A stretch of 64,000 nt of DNA, from assembly GCA_963747025.1 (NCBI GenBank), contig CAVVDJ010000015.1, positions 2,745 to 66,744 of the forward strand, in the 5' to 3' direction. Shown here piece after piece: positions 1-10,547 of the stretch. The notes below the pieces were generated by a model. The model was not told the origin of the DNA. It was given only the letters and a program-made list of their open reading frames with translations, and made no database searches. Numbering within the stretch: the first letter of the stretch is position 1; each line of letters opens with the position of its first letter. Source of the DNA: an uncultured beta proteobacterium. Its GTDB lineage: Bacteria > Pseudomonadota > Gammaproteobacteria > Burkholderiales > SHXO01. Position numbers and translations under genes: made by a program.

Positions 1-346
1 CGCCCAGGCGATGGAGAAGGCGGGCTGCTTCGCCATCGTGCTCGAAGCGATCCCCGATCGCGTGGCGCAGATCATCACCGAACGCTTGCACATCCCGACC
101 ATCGGCATCGGTGCCGGTCCGCACTGCGATGGCCAGAACCTGGTCCTGCACGACATGGTGGGCCTGTTCGACCGCTTCACGCCGAAGTTCGTCAAGCGCT
201 ACGCGAACTGCTGGGAGGTGATCAGCAAGGCGCTGACGGATTTTCAGGAAGACGTGCGCAAGGGCGAGTTCCCGAAAGCGGAACACAGCTTCACGATGAA
301 GGAAGAGGAGTATCAGGCGCTGATGCAGCACCTGCCGAAAGGCTGA
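1..346 (+). CDS. panB: 3-methyl-2-oxobutanoate hydroxymethyltransferase (PanB), C-terminal part; the gene starts left of the window
   Basis: ORF 11..346 (CFAIVLEAIP...IPTIGIGAGPHCDGQNLVLHDMVGL...FVKRY) matches the conserved PanB C-terminus. The frame is open to the window edge. TGA at 344-346. Confidence 0.85.
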   Translation, partial: AQAMEKAGCFAIVLEAIPDRVAQIITERLHIPTIGIGAGPHCDGQNLVLHDMVGLFDRFTPKFVKRYANCWEVISKALTDFQEDVRKGEFPKAEHSFTMKEEEYQALMQHLPKG

Positions 347-347
347 G

Positions 348-1303
348 TTGAACGAGTTCGAGATTATCCGGCGCTACTTCAGCCCGCCCACCGACCACAC
401 GGTGCTGGCCGGCGGCGACGATGCGGCCCTGATCGCCGTCACGCCCGGAATGGAGTTGGCGATTTCCGCGGACGCGTTGGTCGCCGGCCGCCACTTCTTC
501 GAGGACGCCGACCCCTACGACGTCGGCTACAAGTCGATGGCCGTCAACCTGTCCGACATGGCGGCGATGGGCGCGCGGCCTCGCTGGGCGACGCTGTGTC
601 TAACCTTGCCTGCAGCGGATCGCGCGCTGGCTGGAGCAGTTCTCCGTCTGGCTTCCTCGACGTCGCGCGCGAACATCAAGTCGACCTGATCGGCGGCGAC
701 ACGACGCGCGGACCGCTTGCGGTCTGCGTGCAGATCATGGGCGAAGTGAGTCCGGGAAAGGCGCTCCGGCGCTCGGGTGCACGCCCGGGAGACGAGCTTT
801 GGGTGTCCGGCCACGTGGGCGACGCCGCGCTCGCTCTGGCCTGGTTGCGCGGTGATTTCGAGTTGCAGGCGCATGAACGGGACCAGGCGATGAGGCGATT
901 GAATCAGCCGCAGCCGCGCGTCGCGCTGGGCCAGGGGTTGATTGGCCTCGCCACCAGCGCGATCGACGTCTCCGACGGGCTGGTTGCCGATCTGGGCCAC
1001 GTCGCCGATGTCTCCGGCGTGCGCGCTGTGATCGAATGGGAATCCGTGCCGTTGTCCGCGATGGCGGAACCCTACCGCCGGCAACCCCTGGTACAGCGCT
1101 GCGCACTCGCTGGAGGCGACGACTACGAGCTGGCGTTCACGGCCCCATCCGGCGCGGCGCCGGACCTGAACTTGCTCGCAGCGCGCGTCGGCGTCGCCTT
1201 GACGCGTATCGGGCGGATCGAGGCGGGGGCCGGAGTGACGGTGCTGGATCACGCCGGCAAGAACTTGCCCCTCGCGGAGACTGGATTTGATCATTTCCGC
1301 TAG
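348..1303 (+). pseudogene. thiL: Thiamine-monophosphate kinase ThiL, reading frame interrupted (2 indels around 625-665)
   Basis: The N-terminal part is in ORF 348..689 (TTG start; EFEIIRRYF, GGDDAALI, YKSMAVNLSDMAAMGARP). The C-terminal part is in ORF 596..1303 (FLDVAREHQVDLIGGDTTRGPL, VSDGLVADLGH, LAGGDDYEL). The linking WLEQFS segment lies in the third frame. Confidence 0.85.
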
Positions 1304-1823
1304 GTTCGTCGCTCGACCCAACCTGCGGTTCCTGATCGCTCATCCGGCTCACTTCATCGCCTTGGGTTTCGGCGCCGGCCTCGCACCGGTTGCCCCCGGC
1401 ACCTTCGGCACGCTGCTGGCGCTGCCGCTGTTCTGGCTGCTGGGTGCGCGTCTGGATCCGACCGGGTCGTTGATCGTGCTCGTGCTCATGTACGTGGGCG
1501 GCATCTGGGTATGCGACCGCACCGGCCGGGATCTCGGAGTCCAAGACCACGGCGCGATCGTGTGGGACGAGGTCGTGGCGTTTCTCTTGGTGCTGTTCTT
1601 CACGCCTCCAACTCCGGTATGGCAGGCGGCCGCGTTCGCGCTGTTCCGCTTCTTCGATATCGTCAAGCCGGGTCCCATCCGCTACGTTGAAGCGAGGTTC
1701 CATGGTGGATTTGGTGTGATGGTCGACGACCTGGTGGCGGCTTTCTTCACTCTCGTCTTGCTCAGCGCCTTCAAGCTGCTGGCGCCGGCGATCGGAGGCT
1801 GGTTTGGATTCGGAACTGTATAG
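1287..1823 (+). CDS. pgpA: Phosphatidylglycerophosphatase A
   Basis: 178-aa ORF with the PgpA signature HPAHFIALGFGAGLAPVAPGTFGTL and FFDIVKPGPI. TTG start overlaps the thiL stop by 17 nt; the exact start is uncertain. Confidence 0.85.
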   Translation: MIISARFVARPNLRFLIAHPAHFIALGFGAGLAPVAPGTFGTLLALPLFWLLGARLDPTGSLIVLVLMYVGGIWVCDRTGRDLGVQDHGAIVWDEVVAFLLVLFFTPPTPVWQAAAFALFRFFDIVKPGPIRYVEARFHGGFGVMVDDLVAAFFTLVLLSAFKLLAPAIGGWFGFGTV

Positions 1824-2304
1824 ACTGGCCGCCGAGGCCGGCCGGGTGCTGCAGGCGGGCGGCCGGATGTTGGTCACGGCGGAGTCGTGCACCGGCGGCT
1901 GGGTCGCGGAAGCGATGACCATGGTGCCGGGCAGCTCGCAGTGGTTCGAGCGCGGCTTCGTCACCTATACCGACCTGGCCAAGCAGGACATGCTAGGTGT
2001 CCAGGCCACCACGCTGGAGCTCCACGGTGCGGTCTCAGAGCCGACTGTACGCGAAATGGTAGCCGGCGCGTTGGCGAGCAGTCCGGGCGATGTCGCATTG
2101 GCGGTCTCGGGGGTAGCCGGACCCAGCGGTGGCACCGTGGCGAAACCGGTCGGGACGGTGTGTCTGGCTTGGGGCTTGCGCGGCGGGGAGGCGGTCGCTG
2201 TGACGCGGCACTTTCCCGGTGATCGCGAAGCGGTTCGCCGCCACTCGGTGATCGCGGCGCTCGAGGGCTTGATCAAAACGCTGCAGGCTCACCCGGCGAG
2301 CTAG
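1804..2304 (+). CDS. pncC: Nicotinamide-nucleotide amidase, CinA C-terminal domain family
   Basis: 166-aa ORF with TAESCTGGW, FERGFVTYTDLAK and GVAGPSGG motifs typical of CinA/PncC. TTG start overlaps the pgpA end. Confidence 0.85.
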   Translation: MDSELYRLAAEAGRVLQAGGRMLVTAESCTGGWVAEAMTMVPGSSQWFERGFVTYTDLAKQDMLGVQATTLELHGAVSEPTVREMVAGALASSPGDVALAVSGVAGPSGGTVAKPVGTVCLAWGLRGGEAVAVTRHFPGDREAVRRHSVIAALEGLIKTLQAHPAS

Positions 2305-2355
2305 TGGTTGTTCGAGACTTGGCAACGGGGTCCCAGGGCGCGTTCGCATTAGATG

Positions 2356-2371
2356 CTGTATATTAATACAG
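2356..2371 (+). promoter_or_regulatory. LexA (SOS) box upstream of recA
   Basis: CTGTATATTAATACAG is a perfect CTGT-N8-ACAG palindrome about 108 nt upstream of the recA ATG. Confidence 0.8.
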
Positions 2372-2478
2372 CTATAGCGAGAGAGCATGTCTTACACGAT
2401 TTATTGCTCGGGTTGTTTCACGCCCACTCGGCGCGCGCGGTTCCATCCGCCCGTTCACGTTCTTTATGGGAGAATACG

Positions 2479-3531
2479 ATGCTAATCGAAAAGGAAATCA
2501 CCGACATCATGGACGACAACAAGCGCAAGGCCCTGCAAGCGGCCCTGTCTCAGATCGAGAAGCAGTTCGGCAAGGGCTCGATCATGCGCCTGGGCGAGCA
2601 CGAGATGTCGCAGGACATCCAGGTAGTATCGACCGGCTCGCTCGGCTTGGATATCGCGCTTGGCGTCGGCGGCCTGCCGCGCGGCCGGGTCGTCGAGATC
2701 TATGGCCCGGAGTCTTCGGGTAAGACTACCCTCACGCTGTCGGTCATTGCGCAAATGCAGAAGCAAGGGGGCACCGCCGCGTTCATCGACGCGGAACACG
2801 CGCTGGACCCGCAGTACGCGCGCAAGCTCGGTGTGAAAGTCGAGGAACTGCTGATCTCGCAACCGGACAACGGCGAGCAGGCACTGGAGATCGCCGACAT
2901 GCTGGTGCGCTCGGGTTCGGTCGACGTGGTGGTGATCGACTCGGTGGCCGCGCTCACGCCGAAAGCCGAGATCGAGGGCGAGATGGGCGAGCCGCAGATG
3001 GGTCTGCAGGCGCGGCTGATGTCCCAGGCCCTGCGCAAGCTGACCGCCAACATCAAGCGCTCCAACACGTTGGTCGTGTTCATCAACCAGATCCGCATGA
3101 AGATCGGCGTGATGTTCGGCAATCCCGAGACCACCACCGGCGGAAACGCACTTAAGTTCTACGCTTCGGTGCGGCTCGACATCCGCCGGATCGGTTCGAT
3201 CAAGAAGGGCGACGAAGTGATCGGCAGCGAGACCCGCGTCAAAGTGGTGAAGAACAAAGTGGCGCCGCCGTTCAAGCAGGCCGACTTCGACATCCTCTAC
3301 GGTGACGGCATCTCGCGCGAAGGCGAGATGGTCGACCTGGGCGTACTGCACAAAGTGGTCGAGAAATCCGGTGCCTGGTACAGCTACGGAGCCGATCGCA
3401 TCGGACAGGGCAAAGACAACGCCCGCGAGTTTCTCAAGGAACATCCGGAGCTCGCCAGCGAGATCGAGGCCAAGATCCGCGCCGCTGCGGGGGTTACGGA
3501 AGAGGCGCCGGCCCTGGTGGAGGAGCACTAG
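2479..3531 (+). CDS. recA: Recombinase RecA
   Basis: Unmistakable RecA sequence ([63 protein letters not shown]). ATG 2479 follows GGGAGA at 2468-2473. ATG 2509 (MDDNKRKAL) is an alternative start. Confidence 0.97.
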   Translation: MLIEKEITDIMDDNKRKALQAALSQIEKQFGKGSIMRLGEHEMSQDIQVVSTGSLGLDIALGVGGLPRGRVVEIYGPESSGKTTLTLSVIAQMQKQGGTAAFIDAEHALDPQYARKLGVKVEELLISQPDNGEQALEIADMLVRSGSVDVVVIDSVAALTPKAEIEGEMGEPQMGLQARLMSQALRKLTANIKRSNTLVVFINQIRMKIGVMFGNPETTTGGNALKFYASVRLDIRRIGSIKKGDEVIGSETRVKVVKNKVAPPFKQADFDILYGDGISREGEMVDLGVLHKVVEKSGAWYSYGADRIGQGKDNAREFLKEHPELASEIEAKIRAAAGVTEEAPALVEEH

Positions 3532-3613
3532 GACGCCACGCCGAAGGACTCTAGGCGGCACCCGCGAGGGCACCGCGAAGCGACCCGACGCCGAGCAACC
3601 GGACCGCGGCTCG

Positions 3614-4051
3614 ATCGAACCCGCCTCGCTGCGTGCGCGGGCTCTGCGCTTTCTCGCTCGGCGCGAGCATTCTCGGCAGGAGTTGGTGCGCAAACTCGGA
3701 CCAGCGGATCCTGAAGCGCTCATAGTGTTGCTGGAAGAGCTACAGGCGCGAGGATGGTTGTCGGAGCAGCGCGTCGCCGATCAACTGTTGCGCGCCGCGA
3801 CTGGTCGTTTCGGAGTCCGCAGGGTGATGCAGCAGCTCGCCCAGAAAGGCGTGAGCCAGGACGTGATGGCGCAAACGAGCAAACGGGCGCGGGAGAACGA
3901 GTTGGACAATGCGCGGGCCGTGTGGCTCAAGCGCTTCGGCAAGGCGGCAGCCAGCCTGCGCGAGCGGGCGCAGCAGGCGCGCTTCCTCGAGCAACGCGGG
4001 TTCGACCCGGAAGTGATCCGGAAAGTGGTGGGCGGGGACAGCGAAGCGTGA
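3614..4051 (+). CDS. recX: Recombination regulator RecX (start codon unresolved)
   Basis: The frame of ORF 3302..4051 encodes LRARALRFLARREHSRQELVRKL...WLSEQRVADQLL...FLEQRGF, a RecX helical-repeat pattern directly after recA. There is no ATG/GTG/TTG between the recA stop (3531) and 3683. The listed start is only an in-frame ATC. Confidence 0.75.
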   Translation: MEPASLRARALRFLARREHSRQELVRKLGPADPEALIVLLEELQARGWLSEQRVADQLLRAATGRFGVRRVMQQLAQKGVSQDVMAQTSKRARENELDNARAVWLKRFGKAAASLRERAQQARFLEQRGFDPEVIRKVVGGDSEA

Positions 4052-4087
4052 CGCCGCAGAAATGGCTTTGGAAGCCAGGGTTTAGCG

Positions 4088-6712
4088 ATGAGAAGCAGTG
4101 AGATTCGGACGCGGTTCCTGAAGTACTTCGAGCGCAATGGCCACACCATCGTGCCATCGAGCCCGCTCGTGCCGGCGAACGATCCCACGCTCCTGTTCAC
4201 TAACGCCGGCATGGTGCAGTTCAAGGACGTGTTCCTCGGACTCGACAAGCGCTCCTACGTGCGCGCCACGACGGCGCAACGCTGCCTGCGTGCGGGCGGC
4301 AAGCACAACGATCTGGAGAACGTAGGCTACACGGCGCGCCACCACACTTTCTTCGAGATGCTGGGCAACTTCAGCTTCGGCGACTATTTCAAGCGCGATG
4401 CTATTGTCTTCGCTTGGGATCTCCTGACCAAAGAGTACGGACTGGATCCCAACCGGATGTGGGTTTCGGTTTACCAGACGGACGACGAGGCCTACGACGT
4501 GTGGACGCGGGACATCAAGGTTCCGCGTGAGCGCGTGGTTCGTATCGGAGACAAGCCGGGCGGTCCAAAATTCCAGAGCGACAACTTCTGGCAGATGGGC
4601 GACACCGGCCCTTGCGGTCCCTGCACGGAGGTGTTTTGGGACCATGGTCCCGGTATTCCCGGCGGGCCTCCAGGGTCCGCGGATGCCGACGGCGACCGCT
4701 ACGTCGAGATCTGGAATCTGGTCTTCATGCAGTTCAATCGCGACGAGTCGGGCACGTTACATCCGCTGCCGAAGCCGTCGGTGGACACCGGAATGGGGTT
4801 GGAGCGCATCGCAGCGGTGCTGCAGGGTGTGCACAGCAACTACGAGATCGACCTGTTCCAGGAGTTGATCAAGGCGGCCGCACGCGTAACCGGCGCAAAG
4901 GACCTGACCAGCAATTCTCTGAAGGTCATCGCCGACCACATCCGCGCTTGCAGCTTCCTCATTGCTGATGGCGTGATTCCCGGCAACGAGGGGCGCGGGT
5001 ACGTATTGCGCCGGATCATCCGCCGCGCCATACGCCACGGGTACAAGCTCGGCCAGAAGCAGCCATTCTTTTATCTCCTGGTCGAAGACTTGGCGCGGGT
5101 CATGGGCGAGGCCTATCCGGAACTGCTTGCGTCCAAGGGACGCGTGGCGGCGGTGCTCAAGCAGGAGGAAGAGCGCTTCGCCGACACCCTCGAGCACGGT
5201 ATGCAGGTGCTGGAGGCCGCCCTGCATCGCGAGGATCGCATGCTGGACGGCGAGACGGTGTTCAAGCTGTACGACACTTACGGCTTTCCCGTCGATCTGA
5301 CTGCGGATATCGCGCGCGAACGCGGCATCCAGGTCGACTTCGCGGGCTTCGAGGCCGAGATGCAGCAGCAGCGGGAGCGTGCACGCGCGGCCTCGAAGTT
5401 CCACGCGCAAGCTGGCGTGGAGTACAAAGGGCAGGCCACGGAGTTTCACGGCTACGAGTCGATCAAGCTCGACGCGAGCATCGTTGCGCTTTACCTGGAC
5501 GGGGTTGCGGTCGACCGGCTGTCGCAGGGTCAACGCGGCGTCGTTGTGCTCGACAAGACCCCCTTCTATGCCGAGTCCGGGGGACAGGTCGGCGATCGCG
5601 GCGTCCTGGTGCGCAACATCACGCCGCACGCGACCTTCAATGTCGACGATACGCAGAAGATCCAGGCCGAGGTATTCGGGCACCAAGGCATCGTGACGAA
5701 CGGCGAGTTCCGCACCGGCGACACGGTGAGCGCGCAAGTCGATGTCAGGCTGCGCGAAGCGACGATGTTCAATCATTCCGCGACACACCTGATGCATGCA
5801 GCGCTGCGCCAGGTGCTCGGCCGCCATGTGCAGCAGAAAGGTTCGCTGGTCGACGAGTTCAAGACCCGCTTCGATTTCTCGCATGACAAGGCGCTGACGC
5901 CGGAAGAGATCCGCGAGATCGAGAAGCTGGTCAACGACGAGATCCGGCGCAATGTCGCGATCGAAGCGCGCCTGATGAAGTACGATCAGGCGATCAAAGC
6001 AGGTGCAATGGCGCTCTTCGGAGAAAAATACGGCGATGATGTGCGCGTGATCGGCATGGGCGAGTTCTCGACCGAACTGTGTGGAGGTACGCATGTGCGC
6101 AGGACTGGCGACATCGGCTTTTTCAAGATCGTTTCCCAGTCACCGGTTGCGGCGGGTATCCGGCGGGTGGAAGCGGTGACTGCTGACGGCGCGCTGGCGT
6201 GGGTGCAGCATCAGAATGCGCAGGTCGAGGGCGTGGCAGAGATGTTGAAGGTACAGCCCGGCGAGGTCGGTGCGCGCTTGCACCAGATCATGGACAACGT
6301 GCGCGCACTCGAGAAGGAACTGGGTCGCTTGAAATCGAAGCTCGCCGCCAATCAGGGTGACGATCTGGCGGATCAAGCCGTGGCGGTAGGCAACGCAAAG
6401 GTCCTGGCGGCCGCGCTGGACGGGGCTGACGCGAAGAGCCTGCGCGAGACGATGGACAAGCTCAAGGACAAGCTGGGCAGCGCGGCGATCGTGCTGGGCT
6501 CGGTCGATTCGGGCAAGGTGACACTGATCGCAGGCGTGACGAGCGATCTCACCGGCAAGCTCAAGGCGGGCGATCTGGTCAACTTCGTCGCCCAGCAGGT
6601 CGGCGGAAAGGGTGGAGGACGTCCGGATCTGGCGCAGGCTGGTGGAACCGAACCGGCGAACCTGCCAGCGGCCCTCAACTCCGTGACGAACTGGGTGCAG
6701 GAACGGATCTAG
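4088..6712 (+). CDS. alaS: Alanine--tRNA ligase
   Basis: Uninterrupted 874-aa ORF with [42 protein letters not shown] and [11 protein letters not shown] motifs. Confidence 0.98.
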   Translation: MRSSEIRTRFLKYFERNGHTIVPSSPLVPANDPTLLFTNAGMVQFKDVFLGLDKRSYVRATTAQRCLRAGGKHNDLENVGYTARHHTFFEMLGNFSFGDYFKRDAIVFAWDLLTKEYGLDPNRMWVSVYQTDDEAYDVWTRDIKVPRERVVRIGDKPGGPKFQSDNFWQMGDTGPCGPCTEVFWDHGPGIPGGPPGSADADGDRYVEIWNLVFMQFNRDESGTLHPLPKPSVDTGMGLERIAAVLQGVHSNYEIDLFQELIKAAARVTGAKDLTSNSLKVIADHIRACSFLIADGVIPGNEGRGYVLRRIIRRAIRHGYKLGQKQPFFYLLVEDLARVMGEAYPELLASKGRVAAVLKQEEERFADTLEHGMQVLEAALHREDRMLDGETVFKLYDTYGFPVDLTADIARERGIQVDFAGFEAEMQQQRERARAASKFHAQAGVEYKGQATEFHGYESIKLDASIVALYLDGVAVDRLSQGQRGVVVLDKTPFYAESGGQVGDRGVLVRNITPHATFNVDDTQKIQAEVFGHQGIVTNGEFRTGDTVSAQVDVRLREATMFNHSATHLMHAALRQVLGRHVQQKGSLVDEFKTRFDFSHDKALTPEEIREIEKLVNDEIRRNVAIEARLMKYDQAIKAGAMALFGEKYGDDVRVIGMGEFSTELCGGTHVRRTGDIGFFKIVSQSPVAAGIRRVEAVTADGALAWVQHQNAQVEGVAEMLKVQPGEVGARLHQIMDNVRALEKELGRLKSKLAANQGDDLADQAVAVGNAKVLAAALDGADAKSLRETMDKLKDKLGSAAIVLGSVDSGKVTLIAGVTSDLTGKLKAGDLVNFVAQQVGGKGGGRPDLAQAGGTEPANLPAALNSVTNWVQERI

Positions 6713-6872
6713 GGAAGCTCTGATCTATTCTCACGATGCGGGTTGCGTCGGGTGCGGCGCCTGCATCGTTGCGCTCCTCGCCAAGGTACCTACCTTGGCT
6801 TCGTCGCGGCGCCTTGCAGTCATCCGCACCTGACGCAACGCGCATCGTGAGAATAGATCAGAGCTTCCCTAG
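6709..6872. repeat. 164-bp palindromic (MITE-like) element with perfect 32-bp terminal inverted repeats
   Basis: 6709-6740 ctagggaagctctgatctattctcacgatgcg is the exact reverse complement of 6841-6872. The interior is an imperfect palindrome with an apical hairpin CCAAGG-taccta-CCTTGG at 6781-6798. Related boxes occur elsewhere in the window. Confidence 0.85.
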
Positions 6873-6879
6873 GCGTTGC

Positions 6880-8125
6880 CTAAAGTGGCTCGCCGATGAA
6901 ATTGGCCCAGCGCATGGCCTCGACCTGAAGGCCGATGACGCGGCCGTGGTCCAGATGGGGCACCCGATCCAGTGCGCGCTCGATGGTACCCAGGTCGGCC
7001 GCCTCCAGCGCTTCCACCAAAGCCAGCAGGGCACCCAGCTCACCCTCACGCCCCAGCAGTGCAGAGCGCACGTCCGCCGCCACCGGGAGCGTTTCCAGGA
7101 TCTTATGCAGCGGCGACAGCCAGCAGGGCATTGACCAGAGACAACGTGCCGGTGAGGAAGGCCCGCTCTTGCGCCTCGCGATCAGCCGGGCGCAAAGCCC
7201 TCGTTAGAAGTTCCATGAGCTTCCCCCGAGTCGCCGCGAGGATCAGAAGCGGGCTGGGAATCTCGGCGCCGGGTGCGCTACTGACCATATACACCAGCAG
7301 GGGAAGCCAGCGCTGCGGCCGCCGCGCGCTTGGTGCCGCGACCGGATCGCCGGCGGTCACCAGTCGTGCCAACCGCGACAGCGTCTCCGTCAGCTCGGGA
7401 TGCTCCGCCAGCACTGCGTCGATGCCTTCTTGCCCGTCGCCGAGCAGCAGGCGCAGCAGCCGCATGAGGGCCACCTCGGAGCGCGAGAGCCGACGTCCCG
7501 TGACGGCGTAGGGCCGCGCGAAGTAGTAGCCTTGGAACAGCTCGTACCCGAGGTCCAGGCAGCGGTGCGCCAGCTCGCGACTATCGACCTTCTCCGCCAA
7601 AAGCTTGCGGCCGCGTTGCTGGAGACGCTTGGTCACTGTCTCCAACACCTCGGGCGTCAGGCGCTGCACGTCGACCTTCACGATGTCAACCACGTCCAGC
7701 AGGTCCGTGAACTCGCGTTCGTGCCCGACGAAGTCGTCCAAGGCCAGCGTGAAGCCCATCTGCTTCAGATCGATGCAGCGATTGATCAGCGCTCTGTTGA
7801 CCGTCACGGTTTCGAGTATTTCGAGCACAACCTTGGCGCGCGGGAGCAACTCGATCACATCGCTCATCAGAAGCGCGGCGTTGAGGTTGATGTAACCGGG
7901 ATGCTTGCCCAGGACCGCGTCGACGCCCAGCTCGGTAAAAGCGTGATGGATCACGGTGTGGCTGGCGACGACGTCGTCGCCGCCGATCTTGGCGCCGTCG
8001 AAGCGGCTGGAGCGGAACAGGAGCTCGTACGCTGCCAGATTCTCCCCCCGGTCGAGAATCGGCTGCCTCCAGAGGAACAGCTCCTGGGTCGATACGTCGG
8101 TCATCGGATAGGGCCTGGCCCGCAT
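6880..8125 (-). pseudogene. EAL domain plus HDOD domain signalling protein, one frameshift near 7105-7130
   Basis: ORF 7103..8125 carries the EAL-type N-terminus (WRQPILD, YELLFR, EILETV, ALDDF, KVD, QGYYFARP) and the start of an HDOD domain. ORF 6880..7131 in another frame continues the HDOD domain (ILETLPV..DVRSALLGREGELGALL). ATG 8104 is an alternative start. Confidence 0.8.
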
Positions 8126-8137
8126 GACTCGCGTGGG

Positions 8138-9515
8138 CTAGAAAGGTAACGCCACCCCGGGTAGTTCGGCGCCCAGGACACGCCGGAAGTCGTCCTGGAT
8201 CCGCTCGAGCGCTTTCGCATCGTCGCCCTCGAAGCGCAATACCACCACCGGCGTCGTGTTGGAAGCGCGCGCCAACCCGAATCCGTCCGCATATTCGACG
8301 CGCAGACCGTCAACCGTGATGATCTCGTGCGCGTCGCCGAAGCGAGCGGTTTTTTGCAGCTTGGCGATCAAAGCGTAGTTCTCGCCTTCTTGCAGCTTGA
8401 TCTGCAGCTCGGGCGTGTTCACCGAATCGGGCAGCTTGGCGAACTCGGCATCGGAGTCGCGCACTCCGCTCAGATACTCGAGCAGACGGGCACCCGCGTA
8501 CATCCCGTCGTCGAACCCGTACCAGCGCTCCTTGAAAAAGATATGACCGCTCATTTCTCCGGCCAGCAGCGCGCCAGTCGACTTCATCTTGGCTTTGATC
8601 AGCGAATGCCCGGTTTTCCACAGCAGCGGTTCGCCGCCATGGCTGCGTATCCACGAGAACAGGTTGCGCGTTGACTTGACGTCGAAGATGATGCAGGCGC
8701 CCGGGTTCCGGCTCAGTACATCGGCGGCAAACAGCATGAGCTGACGGTCCGGATATACGATCTTGCCGGCCTTGGTGACCACACCCAATCGATCGCCGTC
8801 GCCGTCAAACGCGAGCCCTAGCTCGTCGTCCCCATCGCCCAGAGCAGCAATGAGATCGTTGAGGTTTTCAGGTTGCGAGGGGTCCGGATGGTGGTTCGGA
8901 AAGCGACCATCCACCTCGCAGAACAGCTCGCGTACCCGGCATCCCAGCCTGCGATAGAGTTCAGGCGCATAGGCTCCGGCCACGCCGTTGCCGCAATCGA
9001 CCACGATGTTCAGCGGGCGCTTGAGCTTGATGTCCGACGTGATGCGGTTCAAGTAGGCGTCGGAGATGTCCATCTGGCTGTACCCGCCCGCGCCGGATAC
9101 GAAATCTCCGGATTCGATGCGGTGCTTGAGCTTCTGGATCGCCTCTCCGGCCAGCGTCTCGCCGGCTAACATCATCTTCAGGCCGTTGTAGTCCGGCGGG
9201 TTGTGGCTCCCGGTGAGCATGACTCCCGGAGCCGGTAGCCAGGTGATAAGTTGCGAAGTACAGCATCGGCGTGGCCACCTGGCCGATATCGATCACGTCT
9301 ACGCCGCTCGCTTGCAGCCCGCGCGCGACAGCTTGCGCCAGCGCAGGGCCGGAAAGGCGGCCGTCCCGGCCGATCGCGAGACGCGGGCACTGCAGCGCGC
9401 GCGCTTCAGTGCCGAGAGCTCGGCCGATCAGCTCGCAAGCTTCGGGGGTGAGGGTCTTCCCCACGACGCCGCGGATGTCGTAGGCCTTGAAGATCTCGGG
9501 GGCGACGCTGGGCAT
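8138..9515 (-). pseudogene. Phosphomannomutase/phosphoglucomutase, one frameshift near 9225
   Basis: The N-terminus is in ORF 8961..9515 (IFKAYDIRGVVGKTLT...). The rest is in ORF 8138..9220 (TGSHNPPDYNGLKMM, FDGDGDRLGVV, GEMSGHIFF). Together they form a full alpha-D-phosphohexomutase. Confidence 0.85.
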
Positions 9516-9542
9516 GGGATGTTCGTGAGGATACGGTGCAAA

Positions 9543-10547
9543 TTATCCCACGTTTGCACGAGCCGGCCGCTGCGGCGCGGCGTTGATCTCTGGCAAGTGA
9601 GAGTCGAAGAACCCTAGCAGCCTCTTCGGCAGCCACTCGAAGCGGCCCGGAAAGGGCCCTGTCACGAAAGCGGCATGCCCGCCGGCATCGGGATACTCGA
9701 GCTCTACGTGCGCCGAGACCTCTTCGCTCCGAGGCAAACTCCGGCCGGGTAAAAACGGGTCGTTGCGCGCGTGAATCAGCAAGGTGGGCAACGCGATGTG
9801 GCGCAGATCGGGTTTACTGCTGGCACGACTCCAGTAGTCGTCGGCGCTCTCGAAGCCGTGCAAAGGCGCGGTGACCAAGTCGTCGAACTGGTAAAGATCG
9901 CGCGCGCGCACCACTTTGCGGGCGTCATATAGGCCCGGGTATCGCGAGAGCTTCTCGAGGCTCTTCGGTTTGAGCGAGCGCAGGAAATGCCACGTGTAGA
10001 CCCGATTGAAGCCGCGGCCGAGACCGTGTCCTGCCACTACCAGGTCGACTGGTGCGGACACGGCGCTCGCGGCGCGCAGCAAACGCGCTGCCGCCGCCCC
10101 CTCGGACGCGAGCCATTTCAACAGCGCGTTGCCCCCGAGCGATACGCCGACTGCGAAATGTGGCGCCGTGCCCTCTCGCGTTGCGAGCCGCTCGAGAATC
10201 CAGTGCACCTCGCGGAAATCACCCGAGTGATAGGCGCGCGGCAGACGGTTGGGCCGTCCGCCGCAACCGCGGAAATGCACAACGACACCGCGCCAGCCGT
10301 GCGCGTGCACTGCGTGCATCAGGCTCACAGCGTAGTGGCTGCGCGAACCTCCTTCGAGGCCGTGAAACAGCACCACCAGGGGCGTTTGCGCTGGACCATC
10401 CACCCAGTCCAGCTCGATGAAGTCGCCGTCCGGCGTGTCCCACTGGGTACGGCGGTACTCGATCCGGGGGAGCCGGGTGAAGAGCGCTCCGTAAATCGTT
10501 TGCGCGTGGCCGCCCGGCAGCCAGCGCGGTGCTCGGTACGAATTCAC
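9543..10547 (-). CDS. Alpha/beta-fold hydrolase, YheT-like
   Basis: WLPGGHAQTIY, LVVLFHGLEGGSRSHY and GVSLGGNALLKWL are typical of the YheT family. GTG 10547-10545 overlaps the waaF TGA (GTGA), which suggests translational coupling. Confidence 0.8.
   Translation of the reverse strand: MNSYRAPRWLPGGHAQTIYGALFTRLPRIEYRRTQWDTPDGDFIELDWVDGPAQTPLVVLFHGLEGGSRSHYAVSLMHAVHAHGWRGVVVHFRGCGGRPNRLPRAYHSGDFREVHWILERLATREGTAPHFAVGVSLGGNALLKWLASEGAAAARLLRAASAVSAPVDLVVAGHGLGRGFNRVYTWHFLRSLKPKSLEKLSRYPGLYDARKVVRARDLYQFDDLVTAPLHGFESADDYWSRASSKPDLRHIALPTLLIHARNDPFLPGRSLPRSEEVSAHVELEYPDAGGHAAFVTGPFPGRFEWLPKRLLGFFDSHLPEINAAPQRPARANVG

Noticed and set aside
2482-3723. Long antisense ORFs opposite well-conserved genes. 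Examples are 2482..3723 opposite recA, 4757..6094 opposite alaS, 39492..40520 opposite dapA, 47242..48804 opposite pqqE and 51552..52877 opposite tonB.
   Set aside because: These are typical high-GC shadow ORFs. They are Arg/Ala/Gly-rich with no recognisable domains, and they fully overlap genes with unmistakable homology on the other strand.
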